Assembly: GCA_016786595.1 (NCBI GenBank)
Contig: JAEUWB010000051.1
Coordinates: 10,098 to 74,097, forward strand
Origin: a bacterium
GTDB taxonomy: Bacteria > Bdellovibrionota_C > UBA2361 > SZUA-149 > JAEUWB01
Length of the DNA: 64,000 nucleotides
Reading direction: 5' to 3'
Shown here: in pieces, positions 21,424 to 32,062 of the stretch
Position numbering within the stretch: the stretch's first letter is position 1
Layout of the letters: each line of letters opens with the position of its first letter
Notes under the pieces: generated by a model
What the model was told of the DNA's origin: nothing
Database searches by the model: none
What the model saw: only the letters and a program-made list of their open reading frames with translations
Position numbers and translations under genes: made by a program

Positions 21424-21711
21424 ATGAAAATATCTGTAGCTTTAATCAGTTTAACGAGTTTCGTCATGCTAAGTTTTTCAGCATGTATTCAGCGTTCAGA
21501 AGGCCCAGCCGAGAAAATGGGACGAGGTGTTGACGTTTTTATGAGTGGTGTTGAAGACATGCGCGCCAAGGATCGAGCTGCAAAAGCAGAGGAAGAAAAG
21601 GATCAGGCACGCACAACTTACAATCGTAACAACGATACTGATCGTACGGATACAAGATACGAAGACCCTTCAGATTACTATCGCCACCCAGCACCAGAAG
21701 GTAGGTACTAA
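21424..21711 (+). CDS. Small hypothetical lipoprotein
   Basis: ATG at 21424 followed by a signal peptide and an FSAC lipobox. The C-terminus is charged and low-complexity. I recognise no family. Confidence 0.4.
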   Translation: MKISVALISLTSFVMLSFSACIQRSEGPAEKMGRGVDVFMSGVEDMRAKDRAAKAEEEKDQARTTYNRNNDTDRTDTRYEDPSDYYRHPAPEGRY

Positions 21712-21728
21712 ATACTTGTAACTTATAA

Positions 21729-21974
21729 ATGGATGAATGCTTGAACATGCGAACAATTGAAAATGATTATAATGAAGCCTTGGATAAACTTGGCCCGATT
21801 TGGCGAGTTGAGCGAACTTGCAAGCTGTACGATGCGATACGGGAAATGCTTGCGATTCAGATCCAAACAATGAACCCAGGCTTATCGTTAAAGGAATTGA
21901 AAGGTAAAATTGCAGAACGCATGTATATGTCTGATATAGAAACTTTAAAATTAATTCAGTTGGCTGATAAGTAA
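21729..21974 (+). CDS. Hypothetical protein
   Basis: 81-aa ORF directly upstream of the frameshifted nucleotidyltransferase. It may be a partner gene. Confidence 0.3.
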   Translation: MDECLNMRTIENDYNEALDKLGPIWRVERTCKLYDAIREMLAIQIQTMNPGLSLKELKGKIAERMYMSDIETLKLIQLADK

Positions 21975-21979
21975 TATTT

Positions 21980-22538
21980 ATGGAAGATTTCAAGGAGACT
22001 TTGGTTAAAACTTTGAATGTACTAGCTGAGCTTGGCATTCCCCATTTAATTACTGGTGGGTTGGCTGCTTCATATTATGGAGAGCCGAGGTTTACCCAAG
22101 ATATTGATATCGTAAAAGATTGATCCGAAGAATCCGATTGTCGACCGACTGATTGCGCTATTTTCTGCAGATTTTATTCTTTATCCTGAAACAATTAAAG
22201 ATGCAGTCAGCAGGCAATCGATTTTTCAAGTCCTAGATAAGCAAACAATGATTAAAGTCGATTTACATGTTGGTGAGAACGTGCCGGGAGAGTACGAACA
22301 TGTAGTCAACGTTGAAATTTTATCCGGCGTTTATGGACCGTTGATTTCTAAAGAGGACGCAGTCCTTTCAAAGCTGCTGTGGATCAAAAAAGGTAGCCAT
22401 AAAAGTAGGCAAGATGTTCAAATGATTTTACGTCGAAAAGAGCCAATTGATTTGAACTATCTGGTAAAGCAAGCAAAACTATTATCTGTTTTCGAATTAC
22501 TTAAAGAACTTGATGGCGGGGTGTTGATAGTCGAATAA
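21980..22538 (+). pseudogene. Pol-beta-superfamily nucleotidyltransferase-fold gene disrupted by a single frameshift
   Basis: The frame starting at the ATG at 21980 encodes an NTase-like N-terminus (GGLAASYYGEPRFTQDIDIV) and stops at 22121-22123. A second frame is open from 22116 to 22538. The shift falls in the A-run at ~22113-22117. Confidence 0.45.
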
Positions 22539-22542
22539 AAAA

Positions 22543-22983
22543 TTAATCTTCGAATTTAACTTTTCCGCGCATTTTTTTCTTTTTTCCGGTCAAGGTTTTT
22601 TGATTAAGCCTTTGTGCTTTTGAACCTAAGCTCGGTTTGGTTTTTTTGCGAACCATGGGACGATGCAAGGCTTGGCGTATCAGCTTGATAAATTTTTCTA
22701 GACAATCTTCCTTGTTGCGAATTTGGTCACGAAAACGGTTACTGGTGATAATTATTTCTCCGGCCAAACTGAGTTTTGTTGCGGACGAATTTTGAATTAA
22801 TTTGCGCTGTAAAGCACTCAGGCATGGAGAATGAAAAACATTCCAACGTAACTCAGCCTTAGAATTAGTTTTATTTACGTTCTGCCCTCCTGGTCCAGAA
22901 CTGCGCACATAGTTAAATTCTATTTCCGCACGTGGAATCTGCAGAGTTGAGTTGATAACAATTCTATTTGATGCCTGGGCCAT
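22543..22983 (-). CDS. arfB: Alternative ribosome-rescue factor, peptidyl-tRNA hydrolase ArfB
   Basis: 146 aa with the GGQ motif (SSGPGGQNVNK) and a basic C-terminal tail. These match ArfB/YaeJ. Confidence 0.8.
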   Translation of the reverse strand: MAQASNRIVINSTLQIPRAEIEFNYVRSSGPGGQNVNKTNSKAELRWNVFHSPCLSALQRKLIQNSSATKLSLAGEIIITSNRFRDQIRNKEDCLEKFIKLIRQALHRPMVRKKTKPSLGSKAQRLNQKTLTGKKKKMRGKVKFED

Positions 22984-23060
22984 TTGCTTAGCGTTTGACT
23001 TGCTTGCCTAAAACATACATTTTTTGACTGCAATTGAGTAGCTAAAAGGTAGTTATAAAT

Positions 23061-25922
23061 ATGTCACTTTCTATGCCATTTTCCCAACAAGCAAACTTTG
23101 CCAGTCGCCACATTGGGCCACGTAGTAATGAGTTGAGCGAAATTTTAAAAGTTATCGGGACAACATCTCTTGAAGAGTTAATCGATCGAACAATTCCAGC
23201 AGCGATTCGAATTCAGCGTAAACTCGATTTACAACCTGCACTTTCGGAGACCGAGGCTTTGGCATTACTACAAAATTATGCCAGTGAAAACCAGGTTTTT
23301 AGATCGTTCCTCGGAATGGGTTACTATAATACCCACACGCCACTTGTGATTCAAAGAAACATTCTAGAGAACCCAGGTTGGTATACACAGTACACTCCGT
23401 ATCAAGCAGAAATCGCACAGGGGCGTCTGGAAGCTTTAATTAATTTTCAAACCATGGTTTGTGATTTAACGGCAATGGAAGTTGCGAATGCCTCGCTACT
23501 AGATGAAGGAACAGCTGCCGCAGAAGCGATGCAAATGAGTCATCGTGTTTGTAAAGACCAATCCCGGAATAAATATTTTATTTCTACGCACTGTCATCCG
23601 CAAACTATCGCTGTAGTAAAAACCCGTGCCCAGGCATTAGGCATTGAGGTGATGATCGCCTCTGAAGATAACTTTAAGGTCGACAATTCGTTTTTTGGCG
23701 CCTTGATCCAATATCCTCGAACAGATGGGGCATTGGGAGCGCCTGAAAACTTTATTCAAGCCGCACGTGCCTGCGAAGTATTAACCACAGTCGCTTCAGA
23801 CTTAATGGCACTGTGTTTGATTACTCCGCCAGGTGAATTTGGTGCTGATATTGTTGTGGGCAATTCCCAACGTTTCGGCGTGCCACTTGGATTCGGTGGA
23901 CCACACGCAGCTTTTTTTGCAACAAAGAATGAATACCGCAGGCAACTACCAGGGAGACTTGCCGGGGTTTCTAAAGACCGTTTTGGTAATCCAGCTTACC
24001 GCCTCACATTGCAAACACGTGAACAACATATTCGTCGCGAAACAGCGACAAGTAATATTTGCACAGCACAGGTGCTACTTGCTGTGATGGCTAGCATGTA
24101 CGCAGTTTATCATGGACCTGAAGGTTTGCGAGAAATTGCAACAACTATTGCCACGCAGACTAAAAAACTGAGCACTGCTTTGAAAAACGCAGGCTGTAAA
24201 ATCTTAACAGAGAATGTGTTTGATACAATTTGCGTGGCACCTCCCCAGGGAACTTCGGTGTCGACCGTGATGCAGCGCCTCAAAGAAAAGAAAATAAATC
24301 TGCGCAATCTTAACCAGGACTTTTTCGGAATTTCTCTCGACCAGACTACGACTGCAGGGGATCTTGTCGACCTCGTCTGGGCCTTAACTGGAAGCACAAT
24401 CAAGCTCCAAGCCGGAAGTGAATTGCCTTTTGAGCAAAAGTACCAACGCAAGTCTACATATTTAAGCCATCCTGTTTTTAGTAAATACAGATCAGAAACT
24501 GAAATGTTACGTTATATTAATTGGCTCCAAGATAAGGATTTATCGCTAACGCATTCGATGATTCCACTTGGATCTTGCACAATGAAGCTGAATGCAACTG
24601 CACAGATGGTTCCTGTTACATGGAAGGAGTTTGCTTCGATTCATCCCTTTGCACCTGCCGACCAAACACGGGGCTATCAAAAACTTTTTGCTGACTTAGC
24701 AAGGGATTTGGCAACGGCAACAGGTTTTGCTCGTGTTTCTTTGCAGCCAAACTCAGGCGCGCAAGGTGAATATGCCGGGTTGATGGTGATTCGTGCCTAC
24801 CTGGAGCAGCGCGGAGAAACAAAGCGCACAATTTGTTTAATTCCAGAATCTGCACACGGCACAAATCCAGCGAGTGCCGTGATGGCTGGATTTAAAGTTG
24901 TGCCTGTAAGTTGCGACGATTCAGGTAATATTGATTTAGGAGATCTTAAAGCTAAGGCCGACCAGTATCGTGACACGCTAGCAGCAGCGATGGTTACTTA
25001 TCCCTCCACTCACGGTGTATTTGAGGAAGGCATTAAAGAGTTATGCCAAATTATTCATGCCGCAGGTGGTCAAGTTTATATGGATGGAGCGAATTTGAAC
25101 GCTCAAGTTGGATTTACTAGCCCGGGAGATATCGGTGCAGATGTTTGCCACTTAAATTTGCATAAAACTTTTTGTATCCCACATGGTGGTGGCGGCCCAG
25201 GGATGGGACCGATTGCCGTCGCAGAGCATTTGGCGCCATTTTTGCCAGGGCATCCAGTGGTTGCCTGCGGTGGAGAAGCTGCAATTGGACCAATTAGCGC
25301 AGCTCCTTGGGGCTCTGCGCTGATTCTTACGATTCCATGGGTCTATATTAAGACTATGGGTGGTGAAGGATTAACTGCAGCAACTGCCATGGCCATTGCT
25401 AATGCAAACTATCTAGCCAAACGCTTAGCCCCGCATTATTCCATGCTCTATCAAGGCAAAAATGGTTATGTTGCGCATGAGTGCATTCTGGATTTACGCG
25501 AATTTAAGCACACTTTGGGAATTGAGGTTGAAGACATCGCCAAGCGCTTAATGGACTATGGATTTCACGCTCCAACTGTCTCTTGGCCAGTTCCGGGGAC
25601 ATTAATGATTGAGCCAACTGAGAGCGAATCTAAGGCTGAGCTTGATAGGTTTTGCGAAGCGATGATTGCGATCCGCGGAGAAATTCAAGCAATTGCCACA
25701 AATAAGTTTGACCTTCAGGATAATCCCTTGAAAAATGCACCACATACGATACTCGAACTAAGTTCAAATCAATGGAACCATCGGTATTCACGTGAAGAAG
25801 CAGCTTATCCGGTTGCGAGCTTGCGCACACAAAAATTCTGGCCTGCCGTTGCACGGATTGATAATACCTATGGTGATAGAAACTTATTTTGTAGTTGCAT
25901 TCCGATCGGAGAATATCAATAA
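23061..25922 (+). CDS. gcvP: Glycine dehydrogenase (decarboxylating), single-chain P protein
   Basis: 953 aa with unambiguous GcvP sequence along its full length. Confidence 0.95.
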   Translation: MSLSMPFSQQANFASRHIGPRSNELSEILKVIGTTSLEELIDRTIPAAIRIQRKLDLQPALSETEALALLQNYASENQVFRSFLGMGYYNTHTPLVIQRNILENPGWYTQYTPYQAEIAQGRLEALINFQTMVCDLTAMEVANASLLDEGTAAAEAMQMSHRVCKDQSRNKYFISTHCHPQTIAVVKTRAQALGIEVMIASEDNFKVDNSFFGALIQYPRTDGALGAPENFIQAARACEVLTTVASDLMALCLITPPGEFGADIVVGNSQRFGVPLGFGGPHAAFFATKNEYRRQLPGRLAGVSKDRFGNPAYRLTLQTREQHIRRETATSNICTAQVLLAVMASMYAVYHGPEGLREIATTIATQTKKLSTALKNAGCKILTENVFDTICVAPPQGTSVSTVMQRLKEKKINLRNLNQDFFGISLDQTTTAGDLVDLVWALTGSTIKLQAGSELPFEQKYQRKSTYLSHPVFSKYRSETEMLRYINWLQDKDLSLTHSMIPLGSCTMKLNATAQMVPVTWKEFASIHPFAPADQTRGYQKLFADLARDLATATGFARVSLQPNSGAQGEYAGLMVIRAYLEQRGETKRTICLIPESAHGTNPASAVMAGFKVVPVSCDDSGNIDLGDLKAKADQYRDTLAAAMVTYPSTHGVFEEGIKELCQIIHAAGGQVYMDGANLNAQVGFTSPGDIGADVCHLNLHKTFCIPHGGGGPGMGPIAVAEHLAPFLPGHPVVACGGEAAIGPISAAPWGSALILTIPWVYIKTMGGEGLTAATAMAIANANYLAKRLAPHYSMLYQGKNGYVAHECILDLREFKHTLGIEVEDIAKRLMDYGFHAPTVSWPVPGTLMIEPTESESKAELDRFCEAMIAIRGEIQAIATNKFDLQDNPLKNAPHTILELSSNQWNHRYSREEAAYPVASLRTQKFWPAVARIDNTYGDRNLFCSCIPIGEYQ

Positions 25923-25924
25923 TA

Positions 25925-26737
25925 ATGCAATTTTCACTGCGCTTGTTCGCGGGAGTCTTAGCTGTTGCAGCGCTAGCCTTTACTGCTGGTCTGATTTGGG
26001 CCCGAATCAATACTCCCTTGTGCATTGAGCAAGTGCTTGAAGATCCACGCCAACTAAAATCAAGCGCAGCAGAGGACGCTAAACCCGATCACGATTCGGA
26101 TCGCTCAGGTTCAGCAGTGCAGGCAAATCAAGCAGACCTCACAGGGGATCATGTAGAGTTGAAAGAAAAGTTTAATCAAGATCTTGCAGCCGGGGCTAAT
26201 ACCGATTTTGCCTTACGTCGCTTAAAAATTCTGCAGAAGTTTATTACAGTCGATGCTAAGCAGGAAGTCGAATTGCTTGAGGTCTTTCGTGGTAAGAGTA
26301 ACAAGCAACTCGCTGATATAGTTGGTGAAGATCAGGCCAAGTTTTATCGTGAACAGGTTGAGCAGTCATTTAAAAAGTCAGAGTATGAAGGAATTGAGAA
26401 AGAGCAATTTTATTTCACTCGCAAATTGGCCTTGGCACCTCAGCAGGAAGAAGCTCTGCGTTCAATCTTATTTTCAACAGCTGCAGCGAATGCAGAACTC
26501 TTCGCGAGCGCAGATCATCAGAAATTGAGCATGCAGGAAAAGGTTAAGCTTTTCCTTGCTCAAGAGCGAAATCTAAGTAGTGCTCGAGATTCACAATTTA
26601 AAAAAATATTGTCCAAAGAGCAGTATCTGCGCTATCTCGAGTTGAAATCTAACTCTGCCTCTTCAGACTTAGAACTTTTTCACGATAGCGCTGACGTCAG
26701 CACTCAAATGAAGGCAAATAATGAGGGTATCAAATGA
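25925..26737 (+). CDS. Hypothetical secreted/periplasmic protein
   Basis: ATG at 25925, 3 nt after the gcvP stop. Has an N-terminal hydrophobic signal or anchor and a charged helical remainder. It overlaps the next gene by 4 nt. Confidence 0.45.
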   Translation: MQFSLRLFAGVLAVAALAFTAGLIWARINTPLCIEQVLEDPRQLKSSAAEDAKPDHDSDRSGSAVQANQADLTGDHVELKEKFNQDLAAGANTDFALRRLKILQKFITVDAKQEVELLEVFRGKSNKQLADIVGEDQAKFYREQVEQSFKKSEYEGIEKEQFYFTRKLALAPQQEEALRSILFSTAAANAELFASADHQKLSMQEKVKLFLAQERNLSSARDSQFKKILSKEQYLRYLELKSNSASSDLELFHDSADVSTQMKANNEGIK

Positions 26738-27279
26738 AGCATCTTAATAAACTATGGTTACTTGTGTTCCTACTCCCCAGCTTTTCAGCTTGTGGCGGGG
26801 CAATTTATGGTATGGCTAATGCATTAAGCTCTTCAACCGCGATGCAAGACCAACCTGCACCAGAATTGTATCAAGGTCGCTGGCTAAATTCAGATGCATT
26901 GTCACTAGCGAGTTTAAGCGGAAAAGTTGTGTTGATTGATTTCTGGAGAAGATCTTGCCCGCATTGTCGTAAAATGTCTCCCCAGCTGCAGTCCTGGCAT
27001 AAAACTTATGGCAAGTCTGGATTGGCCGTGATTGGCATTCATACCCCGAATTCTAAAGACGACACGTCATTTTTATTGCTTCAGCAGTATGTGCTTGCAG
27101 AGGACGTTAGTTATCCAATTATGACAGATAATTCTGGCAAGAATTGGGAGAACTTCAAAATGGAATACTGGCCGACAATTTACTTGATCGATCGAAAAGG
27201 GATCATTCGTTATGTGCAAGTCGGCGCAGGAAAATATGAAGAAACAGAGGCAGAAATTAAGAAATTATTAGCAGAGTAA
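26734..27279 (+). CDS. TlpA-like thiol-disulfide oxidoreductase lipoprotein (thioredoxin fold)
   Basis: Signal peptide with an FSAC lipobox and a CPHC active site in a redoxin-like context. Confidence 0.7.
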   Translation: MKHLNKLWLLVFLLPSFSACGGAIYGMANALSSSTAMQDQPAPELYQGRWLNSDALSLASLSGKVVLIDFWRRSCPHCRKMSPQLQSWHKTYGKSGLAVIGIHTPNSKDDTSFLLLQQYVLAEDVSYPIMTDNSGKNWENFKMEYWPTIYLIDRKGIIRYVQVGAGKYEETEAEIKKLLAE

Positions 27280-27303
27280 GGCGCTGAGCTAGGATTCGCA
27301 TTT

Positions 27304-28461
27304 ATGTTGCAGGCTGAAATTGGAAGCGCAATTAAGGCTTTAGAAATGTGGTCGAATGAAGTTTTTCAAGAGCTTGTTTCGACCAATAGTTTTTCTGAAA
27401 ATTTTCCTGGCGTATTAGCCGCACAGAAAATATTAGAACGAGAATTGTCCGCTGCTGGTTTGGTATGCGAATATTTACCATCGACTGATTCTGCCAAGCA
27501 TTTAGTTGCCAGGAATAATTCAGCGCAGTCATCAGCGAAAAGAATTGTTCTATCTTGTCATGTGGATACCGTTTATCCACCCGAAAGCTGGAGTGGTGGG
27601 CTTGAAGTTATCGATCGAGATTGGCTACTTGGGCCTGGTGCTGCAGACATGAAGGGCGGGGCGATCGTAATTTTACTAGCCTTACGTGCGATTTCCTCCT
27701 TGAAATTGATCGATAAAGTTCCAATTATGGTGATCAGCAATGCCTGCGAAGAGCGTCCCTGCAGCGGGTTTACCAATTTAGTTAATCAACTTCGTGATCA
27801 GATTAAATTTGCCTTAGTGTTTGAGGCAGCGCGAAAAAATCATGGGGTTGTGATTGCTCGAAAGGGGAGAGCTTGGGGAAATCTAACGATTGAGGGTATC
27901 GAAACCCATGCTGGTAACGACCCGCAGGGAGGAATTAGTGCGATCCTTGAGGCTAGCCGCATTATTCTTGCCTTGGATCAGCTCAATGATTATGCAAATG
28001 GCCTGACTTGTAATGTTGGCTTAATCCAAGGTGGAACTGTTGCGAATACGATTCCAGGATTCTGCAGTTTTGAATTTGAACTCAGAGCTAATACTCAACG
28101 GGACTTGAAGTTTTTAATTAATTCGATCACTAAATTTGATGGCAGAAGGGATTCTGGTGCAATTGTTAAAGTTAATGTCAAATCTGAGGGAATGCCCTTA
28201 GAGGAGAATCAATTATCGTTAGTTATTTTTAATTCATTGAAATCTGTTGGAAAAAATTGGCAGCTTAACTTAGAACTCTCGCCACGTGTCGGAGGCTTGA
28301 GCGATGCGAATTATTTTGCCTCTGCTGGAATCTCTTCAGTAGATGGACTCGGCCCATATGGCGAGAATTTTCACGTGATTGGCAAGGAACGCGTGCTGGT
28401 TAAGGAAATTGCACAACGTGCAGGCTTAGTTGCGGAGTGGCTGATTACTCAGCAGGCATAG
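27304..28461 (+). CDS. M20-family metallopeptidase/deacylase (ArgE/DapE-like)
   Basis: 385 aa with the HVDTV metal-ligand block and a GPGAADMKGG motif typical of peptidase M20. Confidence 0.65.
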   Translation: MLQAEIGSAIKALEMWSNEVFQELVSTNSFSENFPGVLAAQKILERELSAAGLVCEYLPSTDSAKHLVARNNSAQSSAKRIVLSCHVDTVYPPESWSGGLEVIDRDWLLGPGAADMKGGAIVILLALRAISSLKLIDKVPIMVISNACEERPCSGFTNLVNQLRDQIKFALVFEAARKNHGVVIARKGRAWGNLTIEGIETHAGNDPQGGISAILEASRIILALDQLNDYANGLTCNVGLIQGGTVANTIPGFCSFEFELRANTQRDLKFLINSITKFDGRRDSGAIVKVNVKSEGMPLEENQLSLVIFNSLKSVGKNWQLNLELSPRVGGLSDANYFASAGISSVDGLGPYGENFHVIGKERVLVKEIAQRAGLVAEWLITQQA

Positions 28462-28504
28462 CTGCCAGAATGCTTTAAGATTCAGGCAGCTATCTTAAAA
28501 TGGC

Positions 28505-29029
28505 CTATCCGTTAGTCTTTTCAATCGCAAAATGAGCGCGACGGTTTTGGTAGAAGGCATCTTCACTAGCACCTTGAGCAAGTGGAATTTCTTCACCATA
28601 ACTAACTGTGCGAAGTTGAGTTGAAGGAGCGCCATAATTTACAAGCGCTGACGCTACGGCTTGGGCACGACGCTCCCCGAGCGCCATATTGTATTCATTT
28701 GTGCCACGGCTATCGCAATGACCTTCAACTGTGATTGTAAACTCAGGGCTAGATTTAATCTGCGCAGCATATTGTTCGAGCTTGGTAGTGTATTCCGAAC
28801 TAACTGCAGAGGAATCAAAATCAAAATGAACGTCTTCGAAAATGCTTCCGCCTTCAGCTAGTGGAATATTTCCAGAATTTGCTCCGCTGCCCCAACGATT
28901 ACCTGCAGCTAAATCTGCCTCGGATAGATTGCCATTAACGGCATCTCCGCCAGGCTGGTTTTTTTTAGAACAACCAGAGATCAGAATAGTTAATGTGATG
29001 ATTGTAATCAGTGCGATGTGTCGTTTCAT
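28505..29029 (-). CDS. pal: Peptidoglycan-associated lipoprotein (OmpA-like C-terminal domain)
   Basis: Lipobox LISGC followed by an OmpA_C domain (TVEGHCDSRGTNEYNMALGERRA). Confidence 0.8.
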   Translation of the reverse strand: MKRHIALITIITLTILISGCSKKNQPGGDAVNGNLSEADLAAGNRWGSGANSGNIPLAEGGSIFEDVHFDFDSSAVSSEYTTKLEQYAAQIKSSPEFTITVEGHCDSRGTNEYNMALGERRAQAVASALVNYGAPSTQLRTVSYGEEIPLAQGASEDAFYQNRRAHFAIEKTNG

Positions 29030-29183
29030 ATCTGTGTGCTACCTACTGCTGTTAAGAAAATTACTAGGATTGTTTTCCCAAAATACTAAATCTTAGGCAA
29101 GCGGTAGCAAAAGCCTGGGAATATGGCTACAAATAAATTACCTGAAATATTGAAATTCCTACTGCGGATCTAGCACTCCGGAT

Positions 29184-29639
29184 CTAGCAATGTGCAGTCG
29201 CTTGGTGCTCAAGTGTGGAGATTACACCACCACAGGTTTTCACCCAGGCCATATACTGATCTGCTCCACAGGCATAGGTAATGAAATTTACAGCGTGTGA
29301 TTCGGAGCTGCCATCTGCGCACTGCACGAAGATACCATGAATTTGTACATCAACTGGGACAACCATGCCGGGCAAGGCATTTGCTAAGTCACCAGCTAAT
29401 GGTTCACCGAATTGTCCAGACCAGTCATCAATTAGCGCAATTCCTTCAATGCTTGATGAGCCAGCTTCGATTGCTGTTAGTCCGTTACGCTGTGCGACTT
29501 CAGCTTTGCCATACTCAGCTGCGTCAGAATAAATTTGTAGCGAGGAAGTCATAATGCCAGCAAGAACGCCGAGTATGCTGGTGATTACCATGAGCTCAAG
29601 TAAGCTCCACCCCGATTGATTATTGATACGCTTAAACAT
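29184..29639 (-). CDS. Type IV pilin/pseudopilin-like protein
   Basis: ATG at 29639 gives MFKRINNQSGWSLLELMVITSILGVLAG, a class III prepilin leader plus hydrophobic N-terminal helix. The ORF track extends further upstream. Confidence 0.6.
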   Translation of the reverse strand: MFKRINNQSGWSLLELMVITSILGVLAGIMTSSLQIYSDAAEYGKAEVAQRNGLTAIEAGSSSIEGIALIDDWSGQFGEPLAGDLANALPGMVVPVDVQIHGIFVQCADGSSESHAVNFITYACGADQYMAWVKTCGGVISTLEHQATAHC

Positions 29640-29845
29640 GTTATACCCTCGACCCCTGAAGCACCTTTTGTTATTTGTCTCACCCGCAACTAAGAACATA
29701 GAGTTATTAGTTGCATACATATCTTACTGATTTTTAACTAAGCAATTCTCGTACCACTAGGAGTTATTTCGGCACGATCTGAATTTAGCTTGAGATCTCA
29801 AGCTAGTAGAATAAGTTATTAACCAAAGCACTGAAGGAAAATGTC

Positions 29846-31000
29846 TCAACTAGTTAAGATCGTGTCAGATATTGTCTTAATTCCCGACTCTAAATCTGCT
29901 AAATTGGCTAGGATTGATAAGAAAAGATGCGACTGATACCGGTCGCCGTAGAAATAACCTGGATGGACCAAAATCCCACGCCCCAGCAGGCTCAATGCAA
30001 ATTTTTCACTGTCGAAGTTTTCAAGCAGCACTTTCGGAAAAAGAAAGCACCCACCATCAGGTAGTGGGCAATCTAGTTCGGGGACGCTTGAGAGTAATTG
30101 CTGAGCTCGAGTAATATTTTCCTGGCAACGCTTATGGAGCAACTCGGTCCACTTGGAGCCCTCTGGGCTAAATAATTCGATAGCGATATTTTGCACTAAG
30201 TAACTAGCACTCAAGTATGTATCATTCAAAAATGCAAGTCGCTGGAGATATAAATCTTTGGCAACTTGATTCATGGCGATCCAGCCAAGCTTTAAGTCCG
30301 GCAAGCCGAATTGCTTAGAAAGACCACCGAGATGGAAAACTGGCCGGTTCTTGATTAAGCTGCCCGCATGTTGTCTCGGGTTAGTGTGCCATTGATATGG
30401 AAAGAATACCTGATCAGCAATCAGCGCTACTTCTGCAGGGACTAGTTCAAGCAAGTCGCTCTTCACGACTGCGCCAGTAGGATTATGTGGAGAAACTAAA
30501 ATCACGGCACGCGCCTTAGCATCGTAAGCCTGCGCTATTCTTTCAGGGCAGTAGTTTAAAGTTAAATCGAGCGTAAAACTTTTTGGCTCGACTTTGGCAT
30601 CGAGCGCAATAATTTCTGTGAGTGGATAACCGACGGCGGGCGTTAGGATTTTATCGCCAGCATCGCAAAGTAAGGTGAAAAGTAGGCGATACGATTCCGA
30701 TGAACTTGAAGTGATCACAATTGATTCGGCAGTTATTTCTTCCAATCCACCTGAACGCCTGTAATCAGCGGCAATTTTTTCACGTAACGCAAATAGTCCC
30801 TGCGGATCGGGCTGATATTTGCGCGTTGCTAGATAGTGGGTGGCTGCTTGCTCTAGCACTGACTTGGGAAAAGCTAGTCCGAGGGCTGCAAAGTCACTAT
30901 TAGATAAATCAAGTAAGCGCCTTTTAGAGCGAAGTGCTTGCTGCTTGGCTCTTTCAATTGAATTTGGTTCGAGATTTAGTGACGAAAATATGCCAGGCAT
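29846..31000 (-). CDS. PLP-dependent aminotransferase, class I/II
   Basis: 384 aa with an aspartate-aminotransferase-fold sequence and a lysine-containing SKQFG region. The substrate is unknown. Confidence 0.65.
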   Translation of the reverse strand: MPGIFSSLNLEPNSIERAKQQALRSKRRLLDLSNSDFAALGLAFPKSVLEQAATHYLATRKYQPDPQGLFALREKIAADYRRSGGLEEITAESIVITSSSSESYRLLFTLLCDAGDKILTPAVGYPLTEIIALDAKVEPKSFTLDLTLNYCPERIAQAYDAKARAVILVSPHNPTGAVVKSDLLELVPAEVALIADQVFFPYQWHTNPRQHAGSLIKNRPVFHLGGLSKQFGLPDLKLGWIAMNQVAKDLYLQRLAFLNDTYLSASYLVQNIAIELFSPEGSKWTELLHKRCQENITRAQQLLSSVPELDCPLPDGGCFLFPKVLLENFDSEKFALSLLGRGILVHPGYFYGDRYQSHLFLSILANLADLESGIKTISDTILTS

Positions 31001-31039
31001 GTTCTTTCAGCTTTGAACTATACGTTGTAAGATGATTTA

Positions 31040-32062
31040 ATGCCAAATTCAATTTTTATAGCAGAACCAGAAAACTTGTCACTGCTCAATGACGAAATTA
31101 AAGCAACATTAAGCCCGCGGAAAGTAGAGAAAATTTCCGAACGTGCACTGCTGGTGAATCATAGTAGTTGTAAGAATCAGCCCTTATTGGCATTTGCGAA
31201 GCAAGTTCTACTCGAAGTCGATCAGTTTTCAGCGCCAAGCGTTTCCAAGGCAGCTAATTTTTTATTTCAGCTATTATTGGCCAGAGAAGAGTTGAAGCGG
31301 CCACTCTACCTCCATGTTTTTGATTTGTGGCGTGGTGTAACTCGCAGAAGTGACTTGATTCGTAACGAGCTATCGGAGTTACTTAAACAGAAAAGGCGCT
31401 CGATTTATAAAGACCTTGCCGGTGAACCATTAAGAACCGAGGAGTTTTCCGTGTTGCAACTTGCACTGGCGAATAATGAAGCTGGCTACGTATCGCTACA
31501 AAATTTTGTCCAAGGTCAGCCACTCTTTGATTGCGTATCTAAGTATCCTGGAGGCGATCTCAAGCTAGCAATCGACAAGAATCCGCCTTCGCGCGCTTAT
31601 CTCAAGCTCGTTGAAGCTCAACTTCGATTTGGGGAAGCGCTGAAAACTAGAGATACTGTGTTGGACCTAGGGAGCTCTCCCGGCGGCTGGGCATATGTGG
31701 CACTGCAAGCTGGAGCAAATGTGATTGCAGTCGACCGTTCAGAGCTTCGTAGTGATTTAATGCGTAACCCCAGGTTACAATTTCATGCACAAGATGCCTT
31801 TAAGTTTGTGCCAGAGGCGCAAGTAGATTGGCTAATTTGTGATTTAATTGCTTTTCCTGAGAAAACTTTAAAGCTACTAGAGCTGTATTTAGAGAATAAA
31901 TATTGCCGTAAGTTTATTGTCACACTTAAGTTTCGTGGCAATGAGGATTATCAAATCCTGAGTGCTGCGAAAAAAATTGTTCGTAAGTTTACTTCACGAT
32001 GTTATGTTGGCCGGATGCAGTCAAATAAGAATGAAGTAACTCTTTGTGGAGAGTGTTTTTAA
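31040..32062 (+). CDS. rlmM: FtsJ/RlmM-like 23S rRNA 2'-O-ribose methyltransferase
   Basis: 340 aa. The C-terminal FtsJ-like domain has DLGSSPGGW and a CDL motif, and the N-terminal THUMP-like region fits RlmM. Confidence 0.55.
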   Translation: MPNSIFIAEPENLSLLNDEIKATLSPRKVEKISERALLVNHSSCKNQPLLAFAKQVLLEVDQFSAPSVSKAANFLFQLLLAREELKRPLYLHVFDLWRGVTRRSDLIRNELSELLKQKRRSIYKDLAGEPLRTEEFSVLQLALANNEAGYVSLQNFVQGQPLFDCVSKYPGGDLKLAIDKNPPSRAYLKLVEAQLRFGEALKTRDTVLDLGSSPGGWAYVALQAGANVIAVDRSELRSDLMRNPRLQFHAQDAFKFVPEAQVDWLICDLIAFPEKTLKLLELYLENKYCRKFIVTLKFRGNEDYQILSAAKKIVRKFTSRCYVGRMQSNKNEVTLCGECF

